A stretch of 63,867 bases of DNA, counting the filler, from Chiloscyllium plagiosum (lineage: Eukaryota), in the NCBI RefSeq assembly GCF_004010195.1. It is 4 parts of one record of this genome, joined end to end, with 100 filler letters (N's around TTAATTAATTAA, not from the genome) between each part and the next. Parts side by side here need not be neighbours in the genome. Positions count along the whole stretch, not along the records: positions 1 to 28,218 come from NC_057715.1; 3 more parts are not named here. One strand, given 5' to 3'. Within the stretch, counting starts at the first letter, position 1; each line of letters opens with the position of its first letter. Below are positions 13,734 to 26,112 of the stretch, in pieces. The notes under the pieces were generated by a model that ran no database searches, was not told the origin of the DNA, and saw only the letters and a list, made by a program, of their open reading frames with translations. The translations under genes and the position numbers were made by a program.

Positions 13734-14352
13734 GTGAGATCATTCTGAGAGAATGATACTGCATTCATAATATAATTGTACACTGCAGGTAATCCTTAAT
13801 GCACCATCAGTCCTTCAGTGCAAGTAAAGCCTTGCTAATACCTTTGTTGACACAGATTATTGTCATAAGTTAGTACTGTATCCTTGCAATGCTGATTGTG
13901 GCAGTGCTATGTGTCACAAACTTGCCTCTGGTTTATTTAAGTTATAAAATGCAAATATGTTTCCTAATTTGTTCATAGTGTGATTTTTAACAACACCAGG
14001 TTATAGTTCAATAGGTTAATTTGGAAGTATTAGCTTTCAGAGCACTGCTTCTTCATAGGTAGCTGTGGAGCAGGATCATAAGATACAGAATTGTCGAGAT
14101 AACGTAAGGTTTTATTTTTTAAAAAATGGTGACATCTCAGTTCAGACAATGCATTAAAAGTGTGAGGTTAGAGTCTGTCTGTATTCCAATCTTGAGCTAG
14201 ACTGGTTCTGTTTCCACAGTAGGAATTTATAAAATATTACATGGATGGACTGCCTACAATGACTGCTTTTTTGAACAAAGTAGAATGAATCTGCAAATAT
14301 AATTTTGCAAATGCAAGTTCACCCCATAGTCTTATGCGTGTGTGTATGCATG

Positions 14353-14415
14353 TGAGAGAGAGAGAGAGAGAAAGCGAGAGAGAGAGAGAGAGAGAGAGAG
14401 TGTGTGTGTGTGTGT
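14353..14415. repeat. (GA)n-(TG)n microsatellite; mirrored as (CT)n at 15451-15477
   Basis: Directly visible; part of the Penelope inverted repeat. Confidence 0.95.
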
Positions 14416-15450
14416 ACGCACACACGCGCACCATTCCTTATCGACAAGCCCTATGCATACACGAGATCTGTTCAGATGAGGAGGAACATGACAGACACCT
14501 GAAGGTACAGAAGAGCGCCTTCATAAGAACAGGGAACGATGCTCAACTCATCGATCGTCAGTTCAGACATACCACAGCGAGAAACCGTAATGACCTCCTC
14601 AGGAGACCGGCACGGATGCAACTGATAAGGTACCCATCATTGTCCAGTACTTCCTGGAAACGGAGAAACTATGCCATCTTCTTCGCAGCCTGCAGTATAT
14701 TATCGATGAAGATGAGCACCTCGCCAAGCCCTTCCCTACGCCTCCACTTCTCAAGTTTAAACAACCACCAAACCTTAAACAGACAATTGTTCACGGCAAA
14801 CTGCCCAGCCTTCAGGACGACATCAACCACAACATTGGACAACCCTCTCATGGCAACCATTGCAAGTCGTGTCAGAGTGTTAACATGGATGCCACCGTTA
14901 CACGTGGGGACACCACCCACTATGTAGTGGCAGGTACTCATGTGACCTGGCCAATGTGGCAGGCAAGGATGTCCTGAGGCATGGTACATTATCGAGACCA
15001 AGCAGATGCTACAACAACAGATGAATGGACACCGCGCAACAATCGCCAGTCGGGTAACATTTCAGCGGTCAGGCACATTCAGCCTCGGATCTTCAAGTGA
15101 CCATCCTCCAAGGCGGACTTCGGGATATGCAACAATGCAGAATGGCCAAGCAGAGGCTGATAGCCAAATTCAGTACCCATGAGGATGACCTCAACCGGGA
15201 CCTTGGGTTCATGTCACACTACAGGTGACCCCACTGAACAATGCAGAGACACATACACAAGCACACGCACACCTAAAATCTTACATATGCACACACTCGC
15301 ACATACACATGCTGTCTGTCAGACACACACACATACAACCTCCACACTCTCACCCAGGCATGCACCCTCTCACAGGCTTATACTCTATCACACTCATGCA
15401 CATTCTGTACCAAGCATGCACACACTCTCGCATGCACTCACCCTCATTTG

Positions 15451-15484
<34 letters not shown>

Positions 15485-15504
15485 TGCATGCACACACGCA
15501 TAAA

Positions 15505-15607
15505 TTAGATTAGATTAGATTAGATTACTTACAGTGTGGAAACAGGCCCTTCGGCCCAACTCTGGCGCTGTGAGGCAGCAGTGCTAACCACTGTGCCACC
15601 GTGCCAC
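15505..15607 (-). mobile_element. Miniature HE1 SINE (head fused to tail) with (AATCT)n end
   Basis: About 50 nt tRNA-like head joined directly to about 35 nt tail and TTAGA repeats. Confidence 0.8.
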
Positions 15608-15952
15608 CCACAAATCTCGGGTGAATTTGCATTTCCAGAATTATATTTGCAGATACATTCTATTTTGCTCAAAAAGTGCACAATCTGCAGGCAGTCAATC
15701 CATGTGACATTTTATAAATTTCTACTTTGGAAATAGAACCAGTCTGACTCAAGACTGGGATACAGACAGACTCACACCTTTAATAAATGGTCTGAGCTGA
15801 GATGTCACTTTCTTAATATAATCTTAAATTAGCTCGAGAATGTGACTGGAAAGAAGTTCTGGGATTTACATATTAATGAACTGAAACCTGTAATCTATTC
15901 TAAAAGTGAAAGACTTAACAGCAATCTAAGTTTGTTCAACATATCGTTTCAG

Positions 15953-16272
15953 TTTAGATTCCCTACAGTACAGAAGCAGGCCCTTTGGCCCAACAGTCCA
16001 CAATAACCCTCTGAAGAGTAACCCACCCAGACCCATTCCCCATATTTACCCCTGACTAATGCACCTAAAACAGTGGGCAATTTAGCATGGCCAATTCACC
16101 CGACCTGCACATCTTTGAATTGTGGGGGGAAACCGGAGCAGCCAGAGGAAACACATGCAGACACAGGGAGAATGTGAAAACTCCACACAGACAGTCGCCC
16201 GAAGCGGGAATCAAACCCGGGTCCCTGATGCTGTGAGGCAGCAGTACTAACCACTGAGCCACCATGTCGCCC
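15953..16272 (-). mobile_element. HE1-type SINE nested in the Penelope pLTR
   Basis: Full head-core-tail on the - strand, similar to 57910-58232. Confidence 0.9.
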
Positions 16273-16788
16273 ACTTGCATGACACTGTAATCTTTTGCAA
16301 TAAATTCTGTGTCTTATCCTGATCCAAGGCTGCCTGATGAAGGAGCAGCACTCCAAAAGCTAGTGCTCCCAAATAAACATGTTGGATTATAACCTCGTGT
16401 TGTGTGATTTTTAACTTTGTCCACAGCAGTCCGACAGCGGCACCTCCTCATCATATTTTGATCATGAATAACATAAGGGATGGAGATTAACATCTATATT
16501 CACACTTCTAAATAGAATTCTTTCAAATTAAAGGAATGATATTTATTGACTTGTGGTGTAATAATAATATGGGCATTTGTACGAATAAGTTGGTTAAGCA
16601 ACTATTTGGCAACACCATGCTAGCTGATAGTGACGCCTGTCCATGGTGTTCAAAAATCAAAGAACCCTTGCATGTCGGCATGGTCTCAGAGTATTAGTTG
16701 AACTCGGAACACATTTGTGCATTCACTTAAATCTATGCAATGTGGTACCATCCTGAGGCAGCAAGGATGTTGATTTGACAATTGGTTA

Positions 16789-18955
16789 TATTTGTTTCAC
16801 TGCGTATGTTATGGTGTGATGATGTATATAGTATCTGTTTCTGTGTGGCATGGTTGCGACTTCCTTTTGTTTAAGATACAAAGTAACATGGATGGAATTA
16901 TGACATATTGTGCCAGTTGGTGCTACTACCTCTGCCACGATTTTAAACTGAAGCCGCCCAGACATTTTCTGACATAACTCCAACAAAGTGCAAAGTGAAG
17001 TCAGCACAGTCTGGTTGCATTTATCAAATTTATGAGCAACAGTGGCAGAAAGCTAAAGAAATAGAGTTTAGTTCGGAATGAGCATGTTCTACAAATGCTA
17101 GTGAATTAGAAGCAAAATGGATGAGATTCCAGCCTCTATCTGTGAACCTATTGTGTTGGTTATGGAATTTCTATGTTACAGCCATCAATGTCCACAAGCT
17201 TTAGAAAGGGGCTGCATTCCTAGAAGATAATGCATCAGATGTACAACTTATTCCCAACTTCTCTATAAAACCTTGTAACTGCTATCTTTGTGACCCGTAG
17301 AGTTTGTATCAAAATGCCCAGTATAATTCCATCATGCTGAATTACCTTGATTTTTTTTGTTTTTGAGGCATTTCATCAATATTTTAATGTAGCCAGATTA
17401 GTAATTTAGGATGTCAGAGGGCTGTGTTGATCTTGAATTCATTCCTTGTAGAATTAATATCCTGTGAGGAGGATAGAGGAGCATGAGATAACAGAAAGCT
17501 TTGTTGCAGTTGAACTGGCAAATAAAGATCATGTTAAGCAATAGTCACAATGCAGTAGCTTTAAAAATTTATTATCTTTTCTGCAGTCATCATCCTCTCA
17601 TTCATTGAATAAATTAATGAATAAATTGTTCATGCCCTGGAGCTTAATATTGTAATACAATTGAAAAAGTTTCCTATATATCTGTGCAAAATCATACACT
17701 TTTGGAAAAATTGCACATACCTAGCTTCTATACCATAAAAATAATTTTGTTGACTATTGAGATCATCAACTAAAAATTCCTCAGGATATCCTTTGATTGA
17801 CTGCCTTAAGCTTCAGCATAAAATTAGTAGAAAACTCAGTTAAATCGGAATTTCAGTATTACTCTGCCAAACCTAAGATGCTGAATTACTAATGATTTTT
17901 GTTAAACCGATCTTCTTTCTTCTGGAAGACACTTCCAGGTCACTCGCTCCCCTCTTTATATATCAAGGGCATTGCAGAGCATTTGATGAAAACAACATTG
18001 AAGTTGATTTGCCTTTTTACTATGTTCATATACAAGGCCTTACCAGTAGCAGGCACTGGGTAGTAATAAGAGGTAGTAGTACTAACTGGCACAATATGTC
18101 ATGATTCTATCCATGTCACTTTGTATCTTAAACAAAACGAAGTCGCAACCATGCCAGACCCAAACAGATGTTATATACATCATCACATCCGCAGTGAAAC
18201 AAATATGTCATGATTCCAGTCGTGTAGGAGCATTATTTTGACTACCAAGTGTGACACAGTTGTGAACATTAATTTTAAATGCACTCATATTGTTTCTGCA
18301 CATTGCAACTAAAACTATAGTTCCCGTTGTTGAAAACTTTTAATCTTAACATTTCTGTTGTTGTAAATTTAAAAATTCTTCTCATTGCAGGGCTGTGTAA
18401 ATATTTTGCTCCTAACATCAGTAGGAGAGACATTGAGGTTCGTGTAATATGCTAAGTTCCTGTATTAAAATGGAAATTTTCTGATCGCTTCTCTGAAATG
18501 GCAGTGATGCCAAAATAAAGTGCTTTTTGTATTGTGCACATTATTTGAATTTAAGTCGCTGGACTTAAAAATCATGAAACCGTTGAGAATAAATTAAGTT
18601 GTAACAAATTTATCACAGATGTAATTCCTTTGTTACAGTTCTGTCACATGGTCAGGAAGATTTCACAAATGAAATTTATTAGTTGATGAATACACCCACC
18701 ACTTTTGAGGCATTGATAGAGGTGTAACACTTAACTGTGCAACATGAGAGAAAAAAAATCAACAGTTATTCTTTATTCTGCTGGCTATCCAGTGACCATT
18801 GCTAGTAAGGCCATGTGTATGAACATAGTAAAAGGGCAAATCAACTTTAATGTTCTCTTCATCAAATGCTCTGCAATGCCCTTGATGTATAAAGAGAGGA
18901 ACCTGGACGTGTTTTCCTAGAAAAAAGATCGATTTAATAAAAATCATTAGTAATT
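16789..18955. repeat. Two crossed imperfect inverted repeat pairs (16789-16933 / 18069-18207; 17886-18063 / 18785-18955)
   Basis: Read directly; the ORF track also shows mirrored peptides (17892+ vs 18759-). Confidence 0.9.
18391..18437 (+). CDS. WDR95: WDR95-like exon F (GCVNILLLTSVGETLR)
   Basis: ctcattgcAG acceptor, GTTCGT donor, phase 0/2, continues GDDQ-GCVNI. Confidence 0.75.
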
Positions 18956-19089
18956 TGGTGATCAACAGAATTTTCTGGGATTAGGGAATTTATTCACACC
19001 AGTCAGGTATTGGTTTGATATATTTTATGAAGCTGTGAGAATGAGAACATGGGCCACCACTGGTTCTAGGGCATTGCACCACGTTGACT

Positions 19090-20370
19090 TATAAATTGGG
19101 AGTAAGCCATTCATTCCTTTGAGCCTCATCTTAGCTAATGCTTTATCTCAGTACCATATTCCAGCTTTCTTCCCATCCTCCTTGAAGCCTTTAATATGTA
19201 AAAATATATCAACCTCTTTCTTGACCATGTTCAGTGATTTAACCGCCACTGCTTTCTGTGGTAGAGAATTCCATGGATTCATCACCTTTTGAGTGAAGAC
19301 ATTTTTCTTATCTCAGTCCTAAATGGCCTATCATTTATCATGAGACTGCATCTCCTGGTTTTAGACTCCCAGCAACGGAAAACATCCTCCCTGCATCAAG
19401 TCTGCCCAGTCCTATTAGAATTTTACACATTTCAATCAGATTCCCTGTCACCCTTCTAAACATTTGTGAATACATGCCCAGTCAATCCAGTTTCTCCTCA
19501 TAGGACATCTTCACGTCCCTGGTATCAACCTAATGAACCTCCACTGCACCATCGTTTGGCAAATATATCCTTTCTTAGGAAGGGAGGGAGACCAACACTC
19601 CATGCAGTACTCCACATGAAGTCTCACCAAGGCCGTGAATTAGCTGCAGTAAGCCATCTTCACTTCTGAACTCAAACCCTTCTGCAATGAATGCCAATAC
19701 ACCATTCGCCTTCCTAATTGCTTGCTGCATCTGCCTTTATACTTTCATTGATTATGTACATCCTTGGTACATCCATGCTTATCAATATATTGCCATTTTA
19801 AATAGTACTCTGGCTTTCAGTTTTTCAAACCAAAGTGCATAATATCACATTTAGCCCCATTGTATTACAGTGGCAATGTGATGGCCCACTCATTCAATTT
19901 GTCCAAGTCTCCTTGCACCCTCCTCACAACTCTCAATCCTGCCCAGTTTTGTCATCAGCAAACTTGGAAATGTTGCATTTACACATTTGGTTCCCTCATC
20001 CAGGTCATTTTATGCTTGTGTTGTGAATAGCTGGGGCCTGAACAGTGATCCTTGTGCTACCCCAATAGTTACTGCCTGCCACTTTGAAAAAGACCCATCT
20101 ATTCCCACTCTGGTTTCAATATGTCAACAAATTCTCAATCCAAGCCAAACATTACCTCCGTCACATGTGCTTTAACTTTACCCACTCACTCTAGTTAAGT
20201 GGTTTGTTATCATGTCATTTATACTAGATGTTAGCATTTTCTCCTTTATTGATGTTAGGCTGGCTGGTCTGTATATTTTTTTCTCCATCCCTGAATAGTG
20301 CAGTTACTTTTGTGACCTTCCAATCTGTAGGAACTGCTGCAGAGTCTTTGAATTTTGGAAGCTGACCACA
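19090..20370 (-). mobile_element. Decayed CR1-type LINE ORF2 fragment
   Basis: Reverse-complement KFADD (gtcatcagcaaactt), DWKVTKVTALF and CR1 3' end. Confidence 0.75.
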
Positions 20371-22253
20371 TCTGTGACTGTCATGCCAAGATTTAGTTGG
20401 AGCTGAGCAGAAATCTATTGGTTTTACAAAGGGAACGACAGTGTTGTTCATCAGTTCTTGAAGAACCGAGATGTGTTTTCCTAAATATTTCAAAATAGCT
20501 GGGTTCTGTAACAGAACAAGACAGTCAGCATCAAGATATTACATTCACTACCTGTTGGTGGTTGGTTTAACATTGATGAGAATGTTATAATGTTGATCAC
20601 GTTAATCCTTGGCTTTTTATTTGTCTGAAAAGATTGAGACAATTATATTTTGTTTTATAATACCAATGTAAGGTGCTGTTCCAACTATGTACTGACAGTT
20701 GTTTTTCACAACTTTCCAGTTACTTGCCATGTGTTCATGCTTTTACCGTATGTCTTGACTTTATTCTGCAACCAAAGTTTTCAGGAACTATATCGAACAA
20801 TCTGCACTTCCTGTCAGTGCCTCAAGAATGCAGTGTTAGAGTTCTAGCACAACATGGGATGGAACAAAGAACATTTTATTCATTGACTCCATGATTTCCA
20901 TTAACCATGTAATATTCACCTCATGTTGGAAGGAAAATTCTGGCTAAATGTTCCATAATCATAAATGTCAAAACAACCTCTAATATTCACTCATTCAACT
21001 GTTTAGTTATATCCAACTGGTCTCCCCTTCCTCCTTCCAGTCATGAAGCACTGCCATATTTAATAGTCCTCCAACCCATGCTTGATATTCATTCCTATTC
21101 CCAAACAGACATTTATTATTTTCTTGCTCCCTTTCTAATTCCTTACTATACTTAGTTATTGAGTATTTTGTATGTATCTATGAAGACCCCCAGGAGTCCA
21201 CTAAACTGGAATTTTGGGAGTCTTCTCTATCTGTGAACTCAATACTCACCAAAAACAATAAATGGAAGTGTTAAAACAATACCTTTAAAGAGAGCTGCTT
21301 TAATTTAAATTATAAATAGGATTTAGGGATGCAAGGATAAGTCCAGCTAGAGCTAATGACTGCTGTGCAGGACATGATTGCTTCTGAGCTGATGCTGCCT
21401 TGTAAATAACATGTTAATGACAATTGGCCAAGAATAAATGTTAAAGATATGATAAATATTCATGGGCAGTCCTTTTTATCCTTTCAAGGTTATTGGGGTT
21501 AGCATTTAAGAACTTCATAAAGCTGAACAGACCGCACTTAGTCTTTTGAAAAAGGTTATTTAATTTACTTGTACGTTTAACGGCAAACAACGTTACAGAG
21601 CTGATCTGAAATTAGTGGGAAGTGGTCAGTTAGAGCAGATTTATTTACAGACAATTCATTTAAAACTATTTCCTAAAAGCAGTGGAGTTTGAGATTGAAA
21701 AATGCTAATTTTGTAAAAAAAAATTCAAAACTACTATTCAATATTTACCCTCTGGAAATTTCACATATTTAAGACCACAAGACGCAGAAGTAAAGCTGAA
21801 CAATACTAGAAAAAAGTATTTTCTGTCAATTATAACAGAAGAACAAAACTGAACAACCATTATGTGGTTGTAAACTTGAGCAGTTAATTTGCAAGGAAAA
21901 TGAAGAGAAACCAAAAGATTTGGCAGATTTGAGATAACTGGAATTATGTTAAAGGTAGTTAGCTGTAAAGCTGATGGCCATCTCTGTGCCTAGACCTGAA
22001 TATTCTTTTTCTGCCCTCTTTGTCTATTGTTACCTGATATTCAAGCACTGGGTCATATTGTTAAGCTTGATGTGCAGAAATTATGTTAGTTGGCAGCAAT
22101 TTCAAGTCTGTAGCAACTGAAAAAGGTGATGGAAAAGACTTGAGAGCACAACAGGAACAAGAATACTCATGAGGTCTGTTTCTTCTAATTTCTTTCAGTG
22201 ATAGTATTTTTGGCAGTACATTTTTAATTTAGTTGTCTTTTTGTTCAATGCAG

Positions 22254-22371
22254 AACATGGAAGAAGTGGCCCAAGGTGGATAATTTTCCCACTATCAGCA
22301 TTGAAAACTCTTCCCTGTCACCAAACGTCACTTGCATTCGATGGAAGGTACATGAAGACTGGGTAACACAG
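22254..22371 (+). CDS. WDR95: WDR95-like exon G (TWKKWPKVDNFPTISIENSSLSPNVTCIRWKVHEDWVTQ)
   Basis: caatgcAG acceptor, GTAACT donor, phase 2/0; HEDWV WD40 motif. Confidence 0.8.
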
Positions 22372-23219
22372 GTAACTCTCAAATTAGTCAGAGGTATAGC
22401 TGATATCTATACTGATACTACAAACAGAATATAATCATAGTCGGGGTGGTAAATGGGTGCTGGGAGGAGTGAACGCTGCACAAACCAGAGTGAAAATGTT
22501 GAATGGAGTGCATGTTAATTTCCCAACTCTGTCTCTCTTTGATTAAGCCAGTGGCGAGGACAGCCTACGTGCCTGGAAGCTAATTTAATTTTATTAAGTG
22601 GTTAATGTTTGGCTATTTGAGGACCTCATCCCACCGCCATTGTAATTCTATCAAGAACAAATGGGGGCATCACTTGGTGGAAGCTGGCAGATTCCCTGAA
22701 GCTCATAGGGTCTCTTCTGATTAGCTCACAGCTCCACTGAGGGACCTATCCATGCTTTCATGATTGATCTGCCCAAGTCCTAAGCGCTATATCCGACTGT
22801 TCAGTCACCTACTTAGCTAGAATCTGTAAGGAAATCATTAAAGCAAATCACTACAGTTTACCTGCCTCAATGCAGGTAAAAAAATGATTTAAAAAATGTT
22901 TAAAGCCTTTAATCTCTGAAGAGGTCTTGAGGTAAGAAGTTGATGTTGTCTATTGCTTGGCAGAATTATGGGCCACTTAGACAAACTCAATCTCAACTTA
23001 GATTATTATTGGCTCCTAAATCAGGTGCATTCCATTGAGGATATTATGGGAGTTTGACCACCTGGGCAGCTCAAAGTTCTTGACTCATGTCCCAAATCCT
23101 GCCCCCCTATGAGTCTTTACACCCTCCATGCCATCTTAAACTTGCTCATGCCCCACTGACCTCCTTATGGATCCTTTTATCTTCTGTGATACCTCATTAA
23201 TGTCAGATAAGTGGCAAAG

Positions 23220-23615
23220 ACCATAATACATGTGCAGAATTAGACTAATCGGCCCATCGAGTCTGGTCCACAATTCAATCAGAGCTGATATGTTTCTCAA
23301 CCCCATTCTTCTGCCTCCTCCCATAACCATTGATTCCCTTGCTAATGAAGAGTCTATCTCTGTCTTAAATACACTCAATGACTTGACCTCCACAGCCTTC
23401 TGCAGGAATGAGTTCCACAGATTAACTACCCTCTGGCTGAAGAAACTCCTCTTCCATCTCAGTTCTAAAGGATTATCATTTCACTCTGTGACTGTGCCCT
23501 TGGTTTCCTAGTCTCTCCTACTAGTGGAAACATCTTCTCCGTATCCACTGCACACAGGTCTCTCAGTATTTTGTAAGTTTCAATCAGATTCCCCTTCACC
23601 CCTCTAAAGTCTATT
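23220..23615 (-). mobile_element. CR1 LINE 3' fragment
   Basis: GNLIETYKILR, EVKSLSVFKTEID (ORFs 23465-, 23136-). Confidence 0.8.
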
Positions 23616-24236
23616 GAGCCTGAGATCTCAGGAACTAAGTAGAGATGAGAAAAACCTTCTAGCAATCTAATATATCATCCAAAATATCTTGCTTTTATTT
23701 GGACGATCCAATAGAGCACTGTGAAGTACACACTTGATAGCCCATTCATAAAACCCATTCAAAGCTTTTAAATCTCAAGTGATTAATCTATCATAAAAAC
23801 AAAGAAACATCTACTCAGTCCCTACATCAAGCACAGGTAATCCATTAATTGTTAACTAAACATACTCTATTGAAACTGTTTGACAAGATGCTACATTTTT
23901 TCTGGCAATCAAAACTGTCTATCAGAGACTTTGTTTCTGGTTGATGGACGGAGCTGCTTTTTCATGCCTAAAGGGTGAGACCTTTTTTCAAAAGTCAGAT
24001 CAAATCGGTTATCCAGATCTTATCCAGTCTTCAAAAGCATTTACATCTATTCAATCCATTTGTGCCTCCCTCACTGCCTTCAAGTTAAAAAGTGGTCTGT
24101 TTGAAATCAGCACAGAATTCAAATGGTCATATTGAGTTTAGGTCTTCCTTTTGTGTGAAATGTCCCCTATCCCCTTTCCCCATTGGCAAAAGTTGAAAGC
24201 ATAACTTTGTTGCACTGTTCACTTTTTTTCTTTCAG

Positions 24237-24306
24237 ATGAAGTATTATGATGCAATCGGGTCAATTATATCTTCCTCAAATCATGAAGCTACAGCATTGG
24301 TTATAG
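24237..24306 (+). CDS. WDR95: WDR95-like exon H (MKYYDAIGSIISSSNHEATALVIG)
   Basis: Strong pyrimidine tract ttttttctttcAG, GTAAAT donor, phase 0/1; continues the WD40 blade. No further exon recognised before the gap. Confidence 0.8.
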
Positions 24307-24496
24307 GTAAATGAACCTTTCAATACCAGGTATTTCTAAAGAGGCCTATTTTAAACCTTCATTGACTGAATGAACCTCACTAGGAAGCATCTTAGTAAGA
24401 ATAATAAGTGCAACATCGGTCTCCAGTTCCACGAAACATTAAACTTTGGCCACTGTTCAGAATGCAAATACCTTGGTGGCTAACCTGGTTACCAAA

Positions 24497-24711
24497 ATGA
24501 TTTGGAGATGCCAGTAATGGACTGGGATATGCAAAGTTAAAAATCACACAACACCAGGTTATAGTCCAACAGGCTTAATTGGAAGTACTTGCTTTCGGAG
24601 CGCTGCTCCTTCATCATACAACCATCTGATGAAAGAGCAGCGCTTTGAAAGCTAGTGCTTCCAATTAAACCACTTGGACTATAACCTGGTGTTGTGTGAT
24701 TTTTAACTTTG
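24497..24711. mobile_element. Palindromic Penelope pLTR cassette (family H2) with hammerhead motif
   Basis: Inverted arms spanning 24532-24711; + strand CTGATGA-a-AGAGC agc GCTTT-GAAA-gc-TA at 24626-24654. Confidence 0.8.
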
Positions 24712-25289
24712 ATGATCAAAAAGCTCTTGATAAAGAGCTGTTCAAACAACTGTTACATTAGACTGTATCTTATAGAACTATAGGGCTGCAGGGTAGATTT
24801 TTAGATTGGATTGTTTTGATGTGTATTGAGCAAGGGTTGTTATTAAATGTGCTAGTGCTTCAATGGAAATCACGGGATTATCGCTTATGATGGAGACAGA
24901 AAGAAAATACTGCCCACCAATGCCAGCCTCCTTTCCTCCACCCATAATATGAGACTGGCAGTGGCGTAGGCAGGCCTGGTCATTGGTGTTGTTCTCTATT
25001 GCTTCCACGAATCTTAATTAATGGATCATAGTGTGCCCTGTCTCCATTCTGCATCACCACCCTTCACCACCCCCCACCCAGCCCTCCCAACTTTGAAGGG
25101 CCCAGTGATTAAGCATGAGAATGTAGCATGTAAATTCTGGGTTTTTTTTGCCTCTTTGAGCTCACATTTTCTAGTGATTGTTAACTTTCATTAGTACTTC
25201 AGGTTCCTAGCAGTTACAGAGCTTATTGGGAGTAGTGGAGATTATGAAAAAAAAAATTAGTCATAAATACAAATGAATGAAGATACAAT

Positions 25290-26110
25290 AAAGATGGCAA
25301 GGCAGGTGACTGTAGGATATGGGAGCTACTGGGTACCAGTGTGATCCAGGACAAATATATCTACAAGAAATGTTGCCTGTTTGAGAGCTAGAGACTGAAT
25401 CTCACACTGCGAAGCAAAAGGAAAGGGAAAGTTACCTGGACCCTTTATTCCAGAAATTGATCACACCTCTTAGGATAGGATCTTCTGATTTGGTCAGTGG
25501 TAAGAGACAGGAGGGTGTGCCTATGAGTGAGATGAGTATGGGGACTGAAGAGGTGGGGAGCCTTAGCTTTTACAGTCCTCTATTGATTCAGGATTCTTCA
25601 AGCCTGTATGGATAGAACAGTGAGTGCAGAGTGGATAACTGAACTGACAATGGCACCAGGAACAGGAAGGCATTCCAGTAGGAATCGTTAAAAGGAAGGT
25701 AATGGTAGCAGAGAGCAGCATATTCAGGGATATTCAGGGATTTTTGCAATCAGCAGCAAGAGTCCAAGTTGGCTGCCCAGCTCCTGGCTTTGAGACATCA
25801 GCTCTGAGCTGGAGAAATCTTGCAACGGGAGAAGAAAGATTCTGTGGTGGTGGTCCATGTAGGTCCAGTGACATAGGTAAACCAGGAGATAAGCACCTTG
25901 GGGCAGACTGAAAATGAAGAAACTCGAAAGAAGTAATCTCTGGAATATCACCTGAGCCATGAACAAATAGATGTAAAATAAAGCAGAGAGTGAGATAAAT
26001 GTATGACTCAAAGATTGGTGTTGGGAAAAGAGTTTTGATTGCTGGGCACTGGTGCCAATACAAGGTAAGTAGGAGAAACTTGGTCGGACATGTCATGGCA
26101 CATCTCTGGA
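25290..26110 (+). mobile_element. Decayed CR1 ORF1 (zinc finger / esterase) remnant
   Basis: Degenerate similarity to the ORF1 at 27297 (VVVHVG.SDIG motif near 25845-25880). Confidence 0.55.
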
Positions 26111-26112
26111 GT

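Larger units (their letters stand above)
13978..16450 (+). mobile_element. Penelope-like element (RT C-terminus + GIY-YIG endonuclease) with inverted pLTRs (family H2)
   Basis: IPYRQALCIHEICSDEE (RT thumb), WYIIETKQMLQQQMNGHR and LNRDLG (GIY-YIG) at 14430-15225; 13980-14430 is an inverted copy of 15420-16420; hammerhead remnants at 14030-14060 (-) and 16334-16362 (+). Confidence 0.85.

Noticed and set aside
14334..14927. 197-aa ORF as a host gene
   Set aside because: Starts in a microsatellite and runs through frameshifted Penelope RT sequence.
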